Shown here: positions 27,160-40,409 of the stretch, in pieces
Layout: the number at the start of each line of letters is the position of its first letter
Numbering within the stretch: the stretch's first letter is position 1
Origin: Dimorphilus gyrociliatus
Taxonomy: Eukaryota; Animalia; Annelida
DNA: 64,000 bases
NCBI GenBank assembly: GCA_904063045.1
Contig: CAJFCJ010000028.1
Coordinates: forward strand, 310,001 to 374,000
Direction of reading: 5' to 3'
Position numbers and translations under genes: made by a program
Notes under the pieces: generated by a model
Database searches by the model: none
The model's input: the letters and a program-made list of their open reading frames with translations, nothing else
Told to the model about the DNA's origin: nothing

Positions 27160-30100
27160 GGAATTTTTAAAGAAGTACTGATTCTGTAAAACTAATCTCG
27201 GAAATGTTCTTGTATTGTATTCATTCTACATACTCACCATTTGATGTTAAGAGTTTAGAAAGACTTGGGTTTCTTGACTGTATTTTAGAATGCATTTGAA
27301 AGTAGGTCATTGATAAAATGACACTTTTATCTTAAACAGTTTTAAATATCCTTAAACATCGAAAGTATTTGGGATACTAATTTGGAAAGTATTTTTGAAG
27401 GAAACCTTTAACTTATTTTTCAGATTTACCAGTTACTAGAGATTTTTTTATTCTACTTAAAAAATTAAAAAAAGATCGTATACTTAATAAAGTGCTAGCT
27501 TATACTCAATTCGTAAAAATTTTCAAAGAGAACCAAGTAAAACAACTTAATTCGCCAAACTAGTTTATATAGCAGAGAAACAACATCAAAAATCAGAAGA
27601 GCAGTTTCTTTTTAACCACTGCAGACGGACTCCATTGTAATTCCCGATTTATTGAATTACAATGTTTTTAGACTCAATTTTTTCATCCTCAAGCTTAGTC
27701 ACTAAATCCCGATAGGTTGAACCCCCAACACGACAGTGCGGTGCTTAGGTTCCGCTAATTTAGTTTGGTGCTAAGAAAACATTTTAGGGAAATTTAATAC
27801 AGTCTGGTACTCAAGTCAACGTTCTAATATACAAAACTCTTATTACGGTGTCGTCGATTGAATATTATTTTGTCCAGAATTTTGAACTGTATTATTGGTA
27901 ACCAATTATCTCACTGGCCCGAAGTTTGTTTATATAAGAAAATAAACGGTCTCCGCGGTAAAGTACATTGTATGATATATTTTTGCATATTTTTACCAAT
28001 AAAAATAAATATGTAATAATTGTACGTGAAAGATATTATTCTGAGCAACACATTTGTTTTAGCTTGAATTAAATCAAAATCACTCAATTTCTAGATGTTT
28101 ATGCAGTATACTGCTTAAAAGGCAAAGGAAACCTTTACAAAATGAAATTACTTGGATTTGATTCAGAGTAATTTTGTGTTATTAAGCTTCCCAATGACCT
28201 AAATAAATTTAGAAAAAAACTATTAAAAGAATAAATTCATCGAACTCGTTATAATTTTAAGATTAGGTGAATAATATTAGTATACAAATGTATACAGTGT
28301 ATATATGTAAACTAGTGTACATATGTAAATGCGTATAATCTTAACGGAATAGATAGATTCTAAGGGAAATTTTGAACTGATAGCATAACAAAACGACCAA
28401 GTGTAGAATAAAGTCATTTGACTCATTTAAATGATTTGCCTAAATGCGATTACATTTAATACAGAATGATTTAAATGAATTATTCGTAATCCATCTGGCG
28501 TTGAATCATTCACTGAAATATTACTGAATTCAACTCTAGCTCTTGTCTACCTCTGTCAGAATGCATTATAATTTCCACTCATGTCTTTAATTACGAGCTT
28601 TTCCCTGAAAAAAAAGCTTAAAGATAGTTTTACTGTGATAGCTTAAGCTAACGAAAATCTGTGATTATTTGAATAGCTTCCAAAATCCATCTTTATTTCG
28701 ATTTCCCTTTCTTATCTTTATTTCTCTTCCTCTCTTGTACAAATACCCTAAATCAAAGTAAACAATACTATGTCAAAGTCGCATGAAACAATTCCCAGAT
28801 GTTAATTATACACGGAAAAGTGAACAAAGAATCCGCATTCATTCTCCCTCATGAATATGACATTTGTCATTGTTTATTGGAGGTATAGAGGATGTTAATT
28901 GCCTTTGTCTGTAGAATATTCGAGAATGACTACAAGATTCCCGCAACGAAGTTATTACTTCCGCTTTTGGTTTCCAGCGAATAGTAATAACAGAAAGGAG
29001 AATAAAAAGTGCTTTTCCGAATCTACAAGCATTGTATTAGTTTCAAAATGCTTATAAATACATTTATAAATAAATCTAAAAAACACGCTCTCCTAACCTT
29101 CGTGTAGCATAAATCAGCGTCTAAAATAGAATAGCTTATTATTATTTCTAAAATTAATAATTTTACAATATTAATTATAACATTGCGTGTCTGAAGAAAA
29201 AGAATTTATTACATATGTGCTTTTGTTGAATTTGTACAGATATGAATTCTAGGAATTTACCATTATTCCTATATTTATCTGAAATATCTATTGTTTAGTT
29301 TTTGATGATTTCTTTTCTATGTAAATATAATGGAAAATATCTTTTTTCATTTTGTTTATTTATCTTCTTCACTACGCTAAAAAAAACAGCTTTTCTCACG
29401 AACCTCTTAATATCTTTAGCAGGTTTCTAGATCCGCGTCAAATATTCTCGTCTTGCTTCCCTACTCTCCCTTTTTGTTTTTCTTCTTCTTGAGTTGTTTC
29501 ACTTCTAATAGAATCTACCAATTATTAAAATACTTTTTAAGGAACGCATAAAATAACAGACTGGAAATTTTATTTGCCTTTACCAGGTATCTTCGATTAC
29601 TTTCGGGATAAGAACAGCAGCAATTAATTATGGAATGGGTTCCTTACTATTAAAATTGGTATCGTATTTAATTATAAAGTCTGCTTTACCATACATCTTT
29701 ATTTTTTTAAAAAGGAAATAGTTAAATCTTCTCAATCATTATAAGTCTTACTGGCAGCAATGATTGCTTTATTTCATCACTTTCCTGTTGCAGGTTATCA
29801 TTCTATATCCTCTGATTATTAAATTTAACAGTTTTACTGTGGATCTTTCTACCTGAATTAGCTTTCGGCATTTATATCGAGAATGACTTTTTCCTTGGGT
29901 AGTTTTAAGACGCCCAAATTGAAATTACTCACACTTTTATTGGCCAATTCGGTATTTTTATTTTTGTTACTGACCCGAATTCTACTTTATCATTCTGTTT
30001 GCAGCTAAGGTTCAATTTAAACCATTTACGAAACATTCACTAATGTCTTAATAGTATGAACGGTTGTTAGTTGTGCTCTTGTATTCTCTTTTAGTCTGGA

Positions 30101-31201
30101 CCAATGTAGATGGCTCTTGCTATAATTTATTCATAGTTGTTCTGATTGTACAGTTTCCAGTTCGTAGTACATTAAATATTTTATATCCTTTTAAATTTAG
30201 ACTAAATGACCTTATTCATTGGTCTCTTTCAAATTCAACTTATATTTATCGTCTAGAACCTAATGCTTATTGCATGGAAATCGATTTATAAAAAAATTGA
30301 TATTGGTCTTGGTCTTCGATATACTAAAAAAAACTCTTAATGAGCTCTCAGTACTTTTGAATTTTCCTATTTTCCAATTTATGCAAATGAATATGTTAAT
30401 TATTGAATATTTTAGACAATTATTATGCTAAACAGGATCATTTCTCTTTAAATTTTATTCCTTATTTAATAACTTTTGCAAATTGGAAATTTACGTAAAA
30501 AATTAGTCCTTTTTTTTATCATTTGACTTTTTTCTTTGCAGTTTTGCTGTACAGTTGTTTTTTGTTATTTTTACTGTACATTACACTAGTTTTCCTTTTC
30601 AAGTTTCGTAAATTGACAATCTTACTAAATCAATATTGTAAAACAATATAAATAGAGAATAAATTGTTTTCTATACAACTAAGTCTCGGTGCACGTTGAA
30701 TTTGGTGCTTTCTAATTATAATAAATAATAGGCCTATTTTTAATAGGTAATAGCACTTGTATTTTATATATATATACTCTATATATATATATAGAAAGAG
30801 AGACAGAATAAAAAGATGTATGTATGTATTGTATGTTAGGTTTAACGGTGTGCATGTGATAAGAATTATGGGAGAAGAGAAGTAGAAGAGTGCAGATAAA
30901 ATTATATGTATATATATAAATTATGTTAAAAGGTGTTATCAAAGCTGACCAAAAGCTCCAGACAATAAGATATATAGAATAAAGCTTGTAGAACAGGTAA
31001 TATATAGTTTATATAATTAAAATAAATATATTAATAAATGATAATTAACAATTAATTAACAATGCAATAATAAAAAGCTATAAATTACAATCTAAAACGC
31101 TGATATAAGCGTTATATATTGGACGAAGGGACGTAGACGAAAAACTAAGCCTAGTGAATCAATCAATTTCCCACTCGAAAATCACTGACACACTTTACTT
31201 A

Positions 31202-32336
31202 ATGACGATAGAGAAACAGGTGAGAACAGATATAATCAGTAATTTTGCATGTATTTATGATAGAACTAATGAAGGACGAAATTTTCATCACTCGTTTGTT
31301 ATTTAATCTAGTTTAGTAACATTTGCTGTAAGATGAGTATGAAAGACGCTCAAAAAATGGAGACACCTCTGCGTAAACTTTGCAGAGAAACGGCTAGACT
31401 CTCCTACCTCTCACGGGACATTGGAGGAAGCGGCGATGGTGAATATCTAAGAGATGAATTAGCCAAAACATGGGGAAGAATATGTGAAATAGCACTCAAC
31501 TCCAACTTTCTTAAAAGTTTTAAAAATTCAGACGAAAACTCGACAATTTCAATTGGAACTGCATGCCTAGAGTTCGTTATTGGAGTTATGCAAAATTCTC
31601 TTGGATTACAAACGGATTATCCACTGTTTTCAAAAAATTCCAAATTTATTAAAACTGGAATTCATGAGATTAAAAATCAACTTTACAGTATAAAACAATC
31701 AAATTCGGCAAATATACAATATCTGGACGAAAGTAAAGTTGATAAATTCACTGTTGAACAGGAAAGATTTGAATGTTTTAAAAAGTTATTAGTATTTTAT
31801 AAATAATCTCTTATCTCTTTAAATATTATTATTATTATTATTCGTCTCTCTTTATCTCCTTCTCATTCTTCTTTTTTTCCGCTCATTTATCATCCTTTAT
31901 CCTCTATTTTCTTATATTTCATTTTTTTCTAAATATATATAGAAGAGTTCAATCAACTTCAGCTCGTCTTACAGAAGTAATAACAAAATTGGATACAACA
32001 CCTTGGGCAGGTAAATAATTTGTATCAATATTTATCATATATATTTTTAAACATATTCATTAATTTCAATTTTACTCCAAAAGAAAGGGCTACAAGTTTC
32101 CAAGCAACTTCCATGACTGAATTAACAGCCGTTTCTGTTAGTAGATTATGATGAATATTCATAAGTAGTTTTGTTGTTCTTTTTCCTATTTATCTTACTC
32201 TCAATATTTTCAGGCTGTGGATAGTTCTAATCGCAGAATAAGAAACAAACACTTATTAAAAATTATCGTTCTAGGCGTTTTGACGTTAACTGGTATAGCG
32301 GCTATTGCTGGACTTTGCGCTGCCTTTTTATTATAA
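31202..32336 (+). CDS. RGS9BP: RGS9-binding protein (R9AP)/R7BP-family membrane anchor with C-terminal TM; 5 exons
   Basis: IGGSGDGEYLRDELAKT resembles the family motif VGGSADS..LR.EL.KT; also DYPLF....FIKTGI and KLDTTPW. Exons 31202-31219, 31333-31784, ~31943-32010, 32084-32136, 32214-32336, ending RRIRNKHLLKIIVLGVLTLTGIAAIAGLCAAFLL*. Confidence 0.75.
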
Positions 32337-32586
32337 GTTTTCTAATTTAATATTTCATTGCTGGCAATTGAATATTAATATTTTTTCAATAATATCTCTA
32401 TTTTTAATAAAATTGCAAATATCTCTTCGATAAGAATAGGAGAAACGTCAAATATAAACGTTTCTTTTTGTCTCTTCTTTCTTCTACCATATAAGTCATA
32501 AATATACTTTTAAATATCCCGCCTTTTATAAAATGATTAAGGTGAAGGTCAATTAAACCTATAAACAAAAATCAAGGAAATTCTGC

Positions 32587-33626
32587 ATGTATCGACAACA
32601 TTATTTGTCTCTTTTCTGTCTTTTCGCTTATTTAACTATATGTTTTGGATTATGGGTAAAGACAAATGAATGTATATTGAGTAATGGTACACATCTTATA
32701 GATTTTTCGAAGTTGAAAAACATCAACCAAGAAAAAAAACCTAGGTTAATAGTTATTTTTTGACCTTTACCTACAAAAATCTAGTAAATTCCGATTATAA
32801 AAAGGATGAAAAAGTTAAAATACTTCTTTTTTTTATGAAGATATAATGTAACGAACACGACGACAAATGAGACTTTTTACTATACACCCTGCCAATCTTT
32901 CAATTTGACAAAACCTTGTCAAAATGTTCATGTGAGAATGATTAGAAATATAAATAAAACTATAATCCAAATAGATAATCTTATATAAGACGTGTCATCT
33001 TGTCTGCAACAGATGTGTGAACATAATTCATCGAAATATCAGTCCTTAGCTTCTAAAAACTACACAATACTAGAAAAAGATGGCGCCATCTTCTTAAGAT
33101 ACAAACAAGAAAATTCAAAACTTGTTCTTGTTCAATTGGAATGCGGTAAAACAGAAGAATTTAAGATTAATGATCATCCAACGGATGATAAATATGTAAG
33201 TGTTTCTTTCTCTAATCTTATCTTGTCTATTACTTGCCTATTATCTTCGAATTTATACAGGCCTTTAGTCTTTTCGGACCAACCCTATGTGCTAAGAAAT
33301 CTGAAGACAAGAACACAGGAATAAGTTTCGGAAGTGTCTTATGTATATTGTAAGTGGAATTTTATCTCAAGTCATTCAAGTTTAAAGTGTTTTTATTTTC
33401 ACTTGACAATAGATTTTTTATCGGCGTCATTATCTACTTAATTGGTGGATTTTGCTTTAAACGTTTTATTACCGGGGCCCAGGGGATTGAACAAATCCCA
33501 AATGTTGAATTTTGGAAAACTGTTCCAGGACTTGTAAGAGATGGATGCTGTTTTACTAAAGATTGTATTACGTCACGCACTTGTAATCCTTCAGTTAGGG
33601 CTTCGTCAAATTATAACCAAATATAA
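32587..33626 (+). CDS. Cation-dependent mannose-6-phosphate receptor / ATG27-like type I membrane protein; 5 exons
   Basis: Signal peptide MYRQHYLSLFCLFAYLTICFG, a luminal MRH-like segment (IDFSKL, YYTPC), then GISFGSVLCIL-FFIGVIIYLIGG TM and GIEQIPNVEFW...LVRDGC tail ending YNQI (YxxPhi). Confidence 0.85.
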
Positions 33627-33751
33627 AAAGAATACTATTTTTTTAAGCTTTTTGTTTTATATTTATTTTCTATATCATTTGAAAAAAGATGAAGAAGTCG
33701 ATTGATGAACAGCCGGGCTTGCCTTGAAATCAATAATTAAAATAATAAATT

Positions 33752-36700
33752 CTATAATTTCTCAGAGGGAAAAACAATTTTAAAAACATCCTCGTAATTA
33801 TCAACAAAATGTACTTCGAGGCCTTCCGTTATAAAGCTGGCAAGTTCGTTATAGTCTTTCTTATTCTCAGATGGTAAAATAATACAATCGACACCGACTC
33901 TGCGCGCCTAAATAAAAGAGAGTAAAGAGAATTTCGTCAATATCTAAAAGCTATCACAAGTACTTACAGCAATAGTTTTTTCTTTTATCCCTCCAACCGG
34001 AAGAACCTTACCAGTTAATGAAAGTTCTCCTGTCATGGCAACATTTTGTCGAATAGGGACATTCAATGATAAACTTAGCAAAGCTGTAACCATTGTTACT
34101 CCTGCAGACGGACCATCTTTAGGTGTTGCACCTTCAGGGACATGTAAATGTATATGTGATGTAGATAAAAATGAATTTTCTGGTCTATGCTTAGCAAGAA
34201 ACGAAAGTGAGTAGGTGTGAGCAATCGATGAAGACTCCTTCATTACTTCACCCAAATGGCCTGTTAGAAATAAGGTGCCTGTTGGAGCTGGAGCTGGTTT
34301 ATTTTCACTGTCATTCAGAACTTTCGCAGCAACAGAAGACTTTGAACGAGTTTCTATAAACAAAGTTGATCCACCCATGGCAGTCCAAGCCAAACCCATG
34401 ACAACTCCAGGTGGTGTATTTTCATATAATCTGTCGCTGGTAAAAATTGGTTTACCAACATAATCAGTTAGATTATTGTCATCAACTTTTATATTTCCAG
34501 TCACTTCCTTACTGACAATTTTATAAGCTGCTTTTCTTAGCATTTTTTCAATTTGTTGCTGTAGAAATCTAACACCGCTTTCTCTACAATAATTCTTTAT
34601 AAGAGTCACCAAGGCATTGTTAGAAACTTCAACTCTCTTTGAGTCTAACCCACATAATTTTTCTGCTTGGGGTAAAAGATAACGTTCTGCAATAGCTAAT
34701 TTCTCTTCGGCAACGTACCCAGAAACTTCTATCATTTCCATACGATCTCTCAGCGGAGGTGGAATCGTATCGATAACGTTTGCCGTACAAATAAATAAAA
34801 CTTTCGACAAGTCTATCGTAACATCTAAATAGTGATCTAAAAACGCTGAATTCTGTTCTGGATCCAATAATTCAAGGAGAGTTGACGCGGGATCCCCTTT
34901 TCGTCCCATTCCTATTTTGTCTACTTCATCCAGTAAAATTAAAGGATTAAGAGTCTTTGTACGCTTTAGACATTGAATAATTTTTCCTGGCATCGACGCT
35001 ACATACGTTCTTCTGTGTCCTTTTATCTCACTTACGTCGTCAAGTCCACCAACGCTAAATCTAAAATACTATAATCAAAACAATTAAAAACGATCCCACA
35101 TCTAAGATTATCTTTAAATTGAAATGATTAAAATTAATTACCTCTCTATTTAAAGCTCTAGCAATAGAACGAGCAATGCTGGTCTTGCCTACTCCGGGTG
35201 GACCATGGAAGCAGAGAATTTTCCCTTGCGTTGAGCCTTTTAAATTGCTCACTGCTATAAATTCTAAAATACGATTTTTTACATCATCCAATCCATAGTG
35301 ATCTTCTTGTAATATATTTCTCGCTCTATCTAAATCAAGATTTTCTTCAGTGAATTTTCCCCATGGAATAGTCGTTAACCAATCTAAATAATTTCTTGTA
35401 GTTCTAAAATTAAATAAAACAAAAAAATAACAATTATAAAGAATTGATTAATCATTAAGTTAATATGCTAATATCTTATTAAGACTTACGTGTATTCAGC
35501 TGAATGATTTTCTAAATATCCCATTTTTTGAATTTCTTCATCTACTACTTCTTGTACATTTTCAGGAACGATAAGATCCTATTGTTTTATTCAATTAACT
35601 ATGTAAATTTTATTGAACAATATTGTAAACAGACGCTAAATACCTTAAGTCTTGCTTTGAATTTTTCGATAAGATCATCCTTATCTTCTTTAACAATTCC
35701 TAATTCTTTTTTTATATGCTGTAATTGCTGTTTCAACATATGTTTTCTGTGTTCTTTTGATAGTTTGTCTTCAACCTATTCGCAGTAATTCAAGAACAGA
35801 AATACTATATATACTCTTCATGTTGATGTTACAATATGAATATATTAGACATATTTTATTACCTCTTTGCCTATTTTCTGTTGTAATTTACTTAGCTCAT
35901 GCTCTTTTTTTAGTAAGTCTAGTGTAAGTTTTAGTCGTTTTAGAACATCTTTCTCTTCTAAGACTTCTTGCATTTCAGATGGATTAGCAGAAGTTAAGGA
36001 TACACCTAAAACCAAGATTTTCACTTTATTACAAATCAAGACTTATTCTATAAATCTAACCAAGATCGCATATATATACTGGATTGTCAATGACTCGACC
36101 AGCTCCCTGAAGTAAATGTGCAACTGTCTCCCTATGTAATGGATTCATTCCAATAATATCTCTGATAGTTTTGACAACCTCAGCAGTTACAGCCTAAAAG
36201 AGTTGTAAATTTATGATTTATAATATATAAGAAAACGTTATTTATCAACCTTAAATTCATCATTTTGTTTAAACGGCAGTTCTTTAACGTTTTTCACTTC
36301 GACCATCATTATTCCACTGGGAGGAGAAATTGGGGTTTGAGCTGTATGCTCTTCTGTTGCCTCGTTTACATCGTTTTCCGATTCCTTCGCCAAATCTGTT
36401 TCGGCATCAGCATACTGGTTCGTGTTCTTCTCCAAATCATCAACAGGGATACTATCGGTAGACTCTTGAGAAGTTTCTGAAGGTGTATCTGAAGTAACCG
36501 CTGCGGATTTTGCATCGGTGTCCCCAGTAGAAGGTTCTACGATCTTTTTCCTTAGTCTGCGACGACCTTTGACTTCCTCTTAAAATGCAAAGTAAAAATT
36601 ATTCTAAATGCTAAAAATAACCATCTGAAGCTTACCAGTAGGGAAGGGGAGAACTTTTTGTATATAGATTCTAGATAACAAAGACAAGTTACTATGACGC

Positions 36701-37548
36701 AATAGCTTGCAAGAATAACTTAACCTTACCTTTTTTCACCTTGAATGATCATCCTCATGAATTCCTTATGTTCCTCAATTTCATGGATTTTAACAAAAAT
36801 TCCAGTGTTATAAATTTCATCGATTGACTTAACAATATCCGAAGCGTTACTGTTATAAAAATATTTAGGATATGCCTAACAAAAATGTGTACACTACAAA
36901 CTTTTCGTCCTTTCTTAAAAATATACCCGCATATGGCCTGTTCATTTTCATCTTCATTCGAATCAAATTCATGAGGTTTCGATCTGTAATCTTTAGTAGT
37001 AATTACCAAATAGAATCTTATTAATTGTTGAAATAGCTAACCTCAACCATTTTGATAAATTGAGGAAACACTGGGTTTTTATTTATTGCAACTAGAGGAA
37101 CTTCTGGAATTTCAGGTACTGCAGTTGGGCTTAAGCCTCCTTCTTTAGCTTCTATTCGTACAGGCTCTTCATCAACTTTAGGATTTTCCTCTGGAGGAGG
37201 AACTTTACCATCTCCTGAACTTGCTTGACTAGAAAATAGTCGGCTACCCCGAGCTACTACATTATTTGTAGTTATTCGTTGGGCTCTTAAAATATGACAA
37301 TTGCGTGACTGAATTCTAGAAAAAGAATTCAAATTAAGCTGTCTTTTAGTAGAGAACCTTTGATTCGTGTGTTTATAATTGCGAAATAGTTTGCTAAAAT
37401 CATCGGTGACTTCTTTATTATTCTTTGAAAGTGTTGAAAGTTCAAATTTTTTCACTTTCCAGTTGTTGATTGCTATTCGAGAATTGATAGATTTCTTTAA
37501 AGTTTGTGATAATAAACTTGCACCGCACACTCTCATGGAGAACGCCAT
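33752..37548 (-). CDS. LONP1: Mitochondrial Lon protease; ~11 exons
   Basis: Basic presequence-like N-terminus, [33 protein letters not shown], Walker [16 protein letters not shown], catalytic PKDGPSAG and VGGIKEK; last exon [12 protein letters not shown]...FPSEKL*. Confidence 0.97.
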
Positions 37549-37763
37549 TTTGAAAGTCTTACCGGTTTTTTCTAGGTTCCCTGCTCAACTTCGATTTATT
37601 ATTACAAAATTTTCATATATGCTACGTCATTTACCGGTCAGTTACCGGTTCTCAGTTAAGAAACAAAAACGTCCATGATGACAAGCAACTAGTTTACCGA
37701 ATCAACGAGTTTAATAAATATATAAAGTGTTACGGGCATAGTATTTAACAACTACGATACATC

Positions 37764-40151
37764 ATGTCTAACATCGTGAGTAGTGCTTTTTCGCTGTTTT
37801 TTCATTTCAAACAGAAATTACAGTAATTCAATATAAATATCTTACAATTCGAGATCAGCTGTCACTCTATAATCTCAAAACAGGTCTTACGAATTCAATC
37901 TGCTGAGGGAGTTAAAAGAGTCAATTGTAAGACATCCGACAAAGTTACTAGGCTATTTGAGAAAGTAAGTATACATTCTTCATTTATGTAGCTTAATATT
38001 CTCTTTTAATGATTAGCTTCAAGAGTTATTTAATATAAAAGAAGAGTTCAACCTTTACAAAGATAGAAAGAAGTCTGAAAAAATTATCCGATCTGAAAAA
38101 AGAAGTTTACAATCTTATGGATTAGTACATGGGGATATTTTGTTGATTGAATGGGACGAAAAACAGCAACAGCAAGATAGTTGTATTAATGGTACAAATC
38201 AAGTCAAATATAACGCAGAAAAAAGTGTTCCCCCCTTTAAGGAAGATGACGTAGATTTAGAATTAGAAAAAGAAGATGGTAGAACGTTCAGAGCAAGGAA
38301 TGAGCAACTCTGCAGACACGGACCTACTGGAAAGTGTGTTCATTGCGTACCATTGGAGGTAAATTTTACTAGATATGCTTAACATAACGTAATATTTTGA
38401 AATTAAACATATGTATAAATAGCTGGCTATTTTTTTTTTGAAAGATTATCATGAGTCATCAATTCTTGTTTTATCGTGTATTTTATTTCCTTTTTTTGTA
38501 GCCCTTTGATGAGGAATACTTACGAAATGCTGATCCTCCAATTAAGTTTTTGTCTTTTCATTCATACCTGAGGAAATTACGATCCGGTGTTGATAAGTAA
38601 ATATGATACTTTATATATTAAATACGTTTTGTAATTTCATGTAATTTAATGAAATAGGGGGAAATTTGTCATGTTAGAAAACATAAGCTGCAAAATTAAA
38701 CCAGGATGTTTGGAACATCCTCCTTGGCCTGGTGGTATATGCACAAAATGTCAGCCTAACGCTGTCACTCTAAATAGACAGAGTTATCGGCACGTAGATT
38801 ATGTGCAGTTTGAGAATCCCCAAATAATGGATAGGTTCTTAGATTTTTGGAGAAAGAGTGGTAATCAAAGAATTGGATACTTGTACGGAAGGTAGTTACT
38901 ATTAAAATTAAGTTTCTTCTCTATTTTAGTAAATGTTTCAACACAGATACGAACAACACAAGGATGTTCCTCTAGGAATAAAAGCTGTCGTTTGCGCTAT
39001 ATACGAACCAGCTCAAATATCCTCAAAACAAAGCGTTAAATTGAATATGTCGGATCCGCTGGAATCCACTGTTGAAGACATCGCAGGTCGTTTAGGGTTA
39101 CAGAGAGTAGGGTTTGTATTTCAACAGCTGAATTAATTTTTAGCAATAAACACCTTTCGTTGTCAGATGGATATTTACCGATTTATCTGCTAAAGATTTA
39201 CAAATGGGAACAGTAGAGCATCATCGGGGAACAATTGATTCATTCTTTCTCTCCGCTCAGGAATGTATGTTGGCTGCGACTTTCCAAAATGCGCATCCGA
39301 ATAAATGTAGATATGCCAGAGATACATTTTTTGGTTCGAAATTTGTTACTGTCGTAGTAACAGGTAAAATTATAATAACTGAAACTCTTCAATTATTAAT
39401 CAATTTTTTTTTTAAATCGTCTCAACCAGGTGACGCAGATAATCAAATTCATTTTGAAGGATATCAAGTCTCGAATCAATGTATGGCTTTAGTAAGAGAT
39501 GGATGCTTTATACCAACAATAGACGCCCCAGAATTAGGTTATGTAAAAGAATCGTCTAACGAACAATATGTACCAGATGTATTTTACAAGCTCAAAGATT
39601 CTTTTGGTAATGAGGTCACCTCTTTAGCTCGGCCCCTTCCTGTCGAATATCTACTAGTCGATTTGCAAGTTGCCTTCCCTCTAGAACCTTCTTATACGTT
39701 GAATGGTGGCAGAGATACTTTCCCTGTTGCAAACCGACAGAGCATTGGGGCTTCTCAAGATTTTAATACTTTATCATCATACCTGGACAAATATCCAGCA
39801 GAGCGACTTTTTGACGCTTTGAATGATTTACACCTTTTGGTATATTTGTCGACTTGTGATATGATACCATTAAAAGGTGCAGTTGAAGAACTAAGTGCCA
39901 TTCTCAAAGAAAGAGATATGGATAGATTAGGATCTTGGCTTGCGAGAGAAGAATGGCAAACCGTCGAAACATTGAGGACGGCCCAAGCTCCAACTCCTGT
40001 ACCGAATCAAAATTACGTCGGTCCAAATGCACAGCCTCTTCCACCAATACGATCACCCCAGCCAGATGATCAATGGGCCTGTACTCATTGCACTTTTCAT
40101 AATACGATAGGAAAAGAAGCCTGTGAAATGTGTGGACTTCCTAAACAATAA
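37764..40151 (+). CDS. NPLOC4: NPL4, p97/Cdc48-UFD1 cofactor with C-terminal NZF zinc finger
   Basis: MSNI|[70 protein letters not shown], and [10 protein letters not shown]...CEMC. Confidence 0.96.
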
Positions 40152-40409
40152 AGACGTCATTTAATCATGAAACATTTTATTGGATAATATATTTTTGAAT
40201 TTTTCATCTGAAGTTTCTATATGATCCTAAAAAATTTTTAATTTCAAAAAAACAAAAAAAAAACATATTTAAGCCTTAATTATTTTACGTATACTAAATC
40301 AAATCTTTTTCTTATTTTTTTTCTTTTTTTCTTTTTTAATACTAAAACAGTCGAGGTTCCCTTGTAACATTTGCTTATTTTTTCTTGTATTATCATCTTT
40401 AGAAACCTC

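Noticed and set aside
40147-40152. AATAAA overlapping the NPLOC4 stop codon (possible near-zero 3'UTR)
   Set aside because: CAA-TAA-A creates this hexamer easily by chance in AT-rich DNA; there is no independent evidence of use.
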